Part shown: one piece after another, positions 31,100 to 32,000 of the stretch
How the letters are laid out: each line of letters opens with the position of its first letter
Numbering within the stretch: the first letter of the stretch is position 1
Assembly: GCF_000021865.1 (NCBI RefSeq)
Contig: NC_014034.1
Span: 2,250,001 to 2,282,000, forward strand
Length of the DNA stretch: 32,000 nt
Reading direction: 5' to 3'
Source: Rhodobacter capsulatus SB 1003
Lineage (GTDB): Bacteria; Pseudomonadota; Alphaproteobacteria; Rhodobacterales; Rhodobacteraceae
The notes under the pieces: model-generated
Seen by the model: the letters and a program-made list of their open reading frames with translations, nothing else
What the model was told of the DNA's origin: nothing
Database searches by the model: none
Translations under genes and position numbers: made by a program

Positions 31100-32000
31100 T
31101 CAGGCGTTCATGTCGCGCATGAGGCGGCCGTGTTTTCGGACTTCGGTGAGGACGGCGCCGAAGGTGGTCAGGCCGCGGGCCTTGAGGGCGGGCAGCAGGC
31201 GCAGGAAGGCCTCGGCCGTGGCGACCGTGTCGCCAAGCGCGGTGTGGCGGGCTTCCTCGGGGATGGTGATGCCCAGCCGATGCGTCAGCGCGTCCAGGCT
31301 GTGGCCCTCGGCGGCGCCGAAGACCACCGCCGACAAAAGCACCGTGTCGAGCACCGGATTGTCGAAATTCTTGCCGATCAGCAATTCCTTGCGGCGCAGG
31401 AATTCCAGATCGAAGGGCGCGTTATGGGCGACCAGCACCGCGCCCTCGGCGAATTTGTGGAACCGCCGCCCGACCTCGGCGATCGCGGGCGCGGTTGCCA
31501 CCATCGCCTCGGTGATGCCGTGAACCGCCGTCGAGGCCGCCGGGATCGGCCGCCCCGGGTTCACGAGCGTGTCAAAGACCTCGCCCGCCACCCGCCGCCC
31601 GTTGACGATCCGCACCGCCGCGATCTGCACGATCTCGTCGCCGCCGGTGGGAAAGAGCCCCGTCGTCTCGGTGTCGAAGACGACGAAGGTCAGCTTGTCG
31701 AGCGGGGTTTCGGCCAGCGCGCTTTCGCCGCCCCGCCCCAGCAGATCAAAGTCATAGACCACCTGGCGCGGCACCGGACGGGGCACCGGATGGGGATCCG
31801 GGCCGATCCGGCGTGCCTCGCGCAGCGGCAGGCAGAGCCGGTGCCGCCCCTCGTGCAGCCGCTCGGGCCACAGATCGGTCGCATGGACCGAGAGCACCCG
31901 CCGCCCGGTCACCTCGGCCTGGCCCACATCCAGCGGCTCGGAGAGCCACAGCTCCAGATCGGCAATCGCCACCGCCGCGCCGCGCCATTCGAGCGCGATC
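31100..32000 (-). CDS. DEDDh 3'-5' exonuclease domain protein (DnaQ/epsilon-like), C-terminal part of a larger protein; 5' end beyond the window
   Basis: The Exo motifs are FVVFDTETTGL, VAHNAPFDLEFL and HTALGDTVATAEAF. The frame stays open to nt 32000. Confidence 0.8.
   Translation of the reverse strand, partial: IALEWRGAAVAIADLELWLSEPLDVGQAEVTGRRVLSVHATDLWPERLHEGRHRLCLPLREARRIGPDPHPVPRPVPRQVVYDFDLLGRGGESALAETPLDKLTFVVFDTETTGLFPTGGDEIVQIAAVRIVNGRRVAGEVFDTLVNPGRPIPAASTAVHGITEAMVATAPAIAEVGRRFHKFAEGAVLVAHNAPFDLEFLRRKELLIGKNFDNPVLDTVLLSAVVFGAAEGHSLDALTHRLGITIPEEARHTALGDTVATAEAFLRLLPALKARGLTTFGAVLTEVRKHGRLMRDMNA

Overview
High-GC (about mid-60s %) alphaproteobacterial, Rhodobacteraceae-like chromosomal window.

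**Housekeeping, nt 1-3457:** HAD hydrolase, MaoC dehydratase, ribF, ycgN and ltaE.

**Accessory island, ~3548 to ~18670:** A tRNA-Met(CAT) at ~3548-3622 is followed directly by a tyrosine integrase and an AlpA/Xis-like gene, which open an accessory island of about 15 kb. The island holds:
- a ~7.9 kb graveyard of nested or truncated IS elements: an IS110 fragment, a decayed IS3-family element, three IS66 fragments, two IS3/IS407-group copies, and one apparently intact IS110/IS1111-like element;
- a sharply AT-rich 766-aa NACHT/STAND NTPase gene (about 43% GC in two 60-nt lines I counted), a candidate antiphage NLR-like gene;
- a translationally coupled two-gene membrane-protein operon with no family I recognise;
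- another IS3 OrfA remnant.

**Right half:** ordinary genes. These are a copper module (multicopper oxidase plus DUF411/CopG-like protein), a VOC protein, arginase and ornithine cyclodeaminase with a divergent Lrp regulator, a cobalamin riboswitch ahead of a lone ABC ATPase, an MCP, a hexapeptide acetyltransferase, a SAM methyltransferase, a PotA/FbpC-type ABC ATPase, and a DnaQ-like exonuclease that runs off the window end.

**Most unusual signal:** At least 14 hairpin mini-insertions of ~37-54 nt lie inside the IS DNA.
- They fall into three sequence families.
- Their stems covary around conserved cores or flanks.
- They sit exactly at the frame breaks of the decayed transposase genes.
- I recognised none elsewhere in the window.

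All calls come from hand translation and pattern reading, with no database search. Mini-element ends are +/- a few nt.
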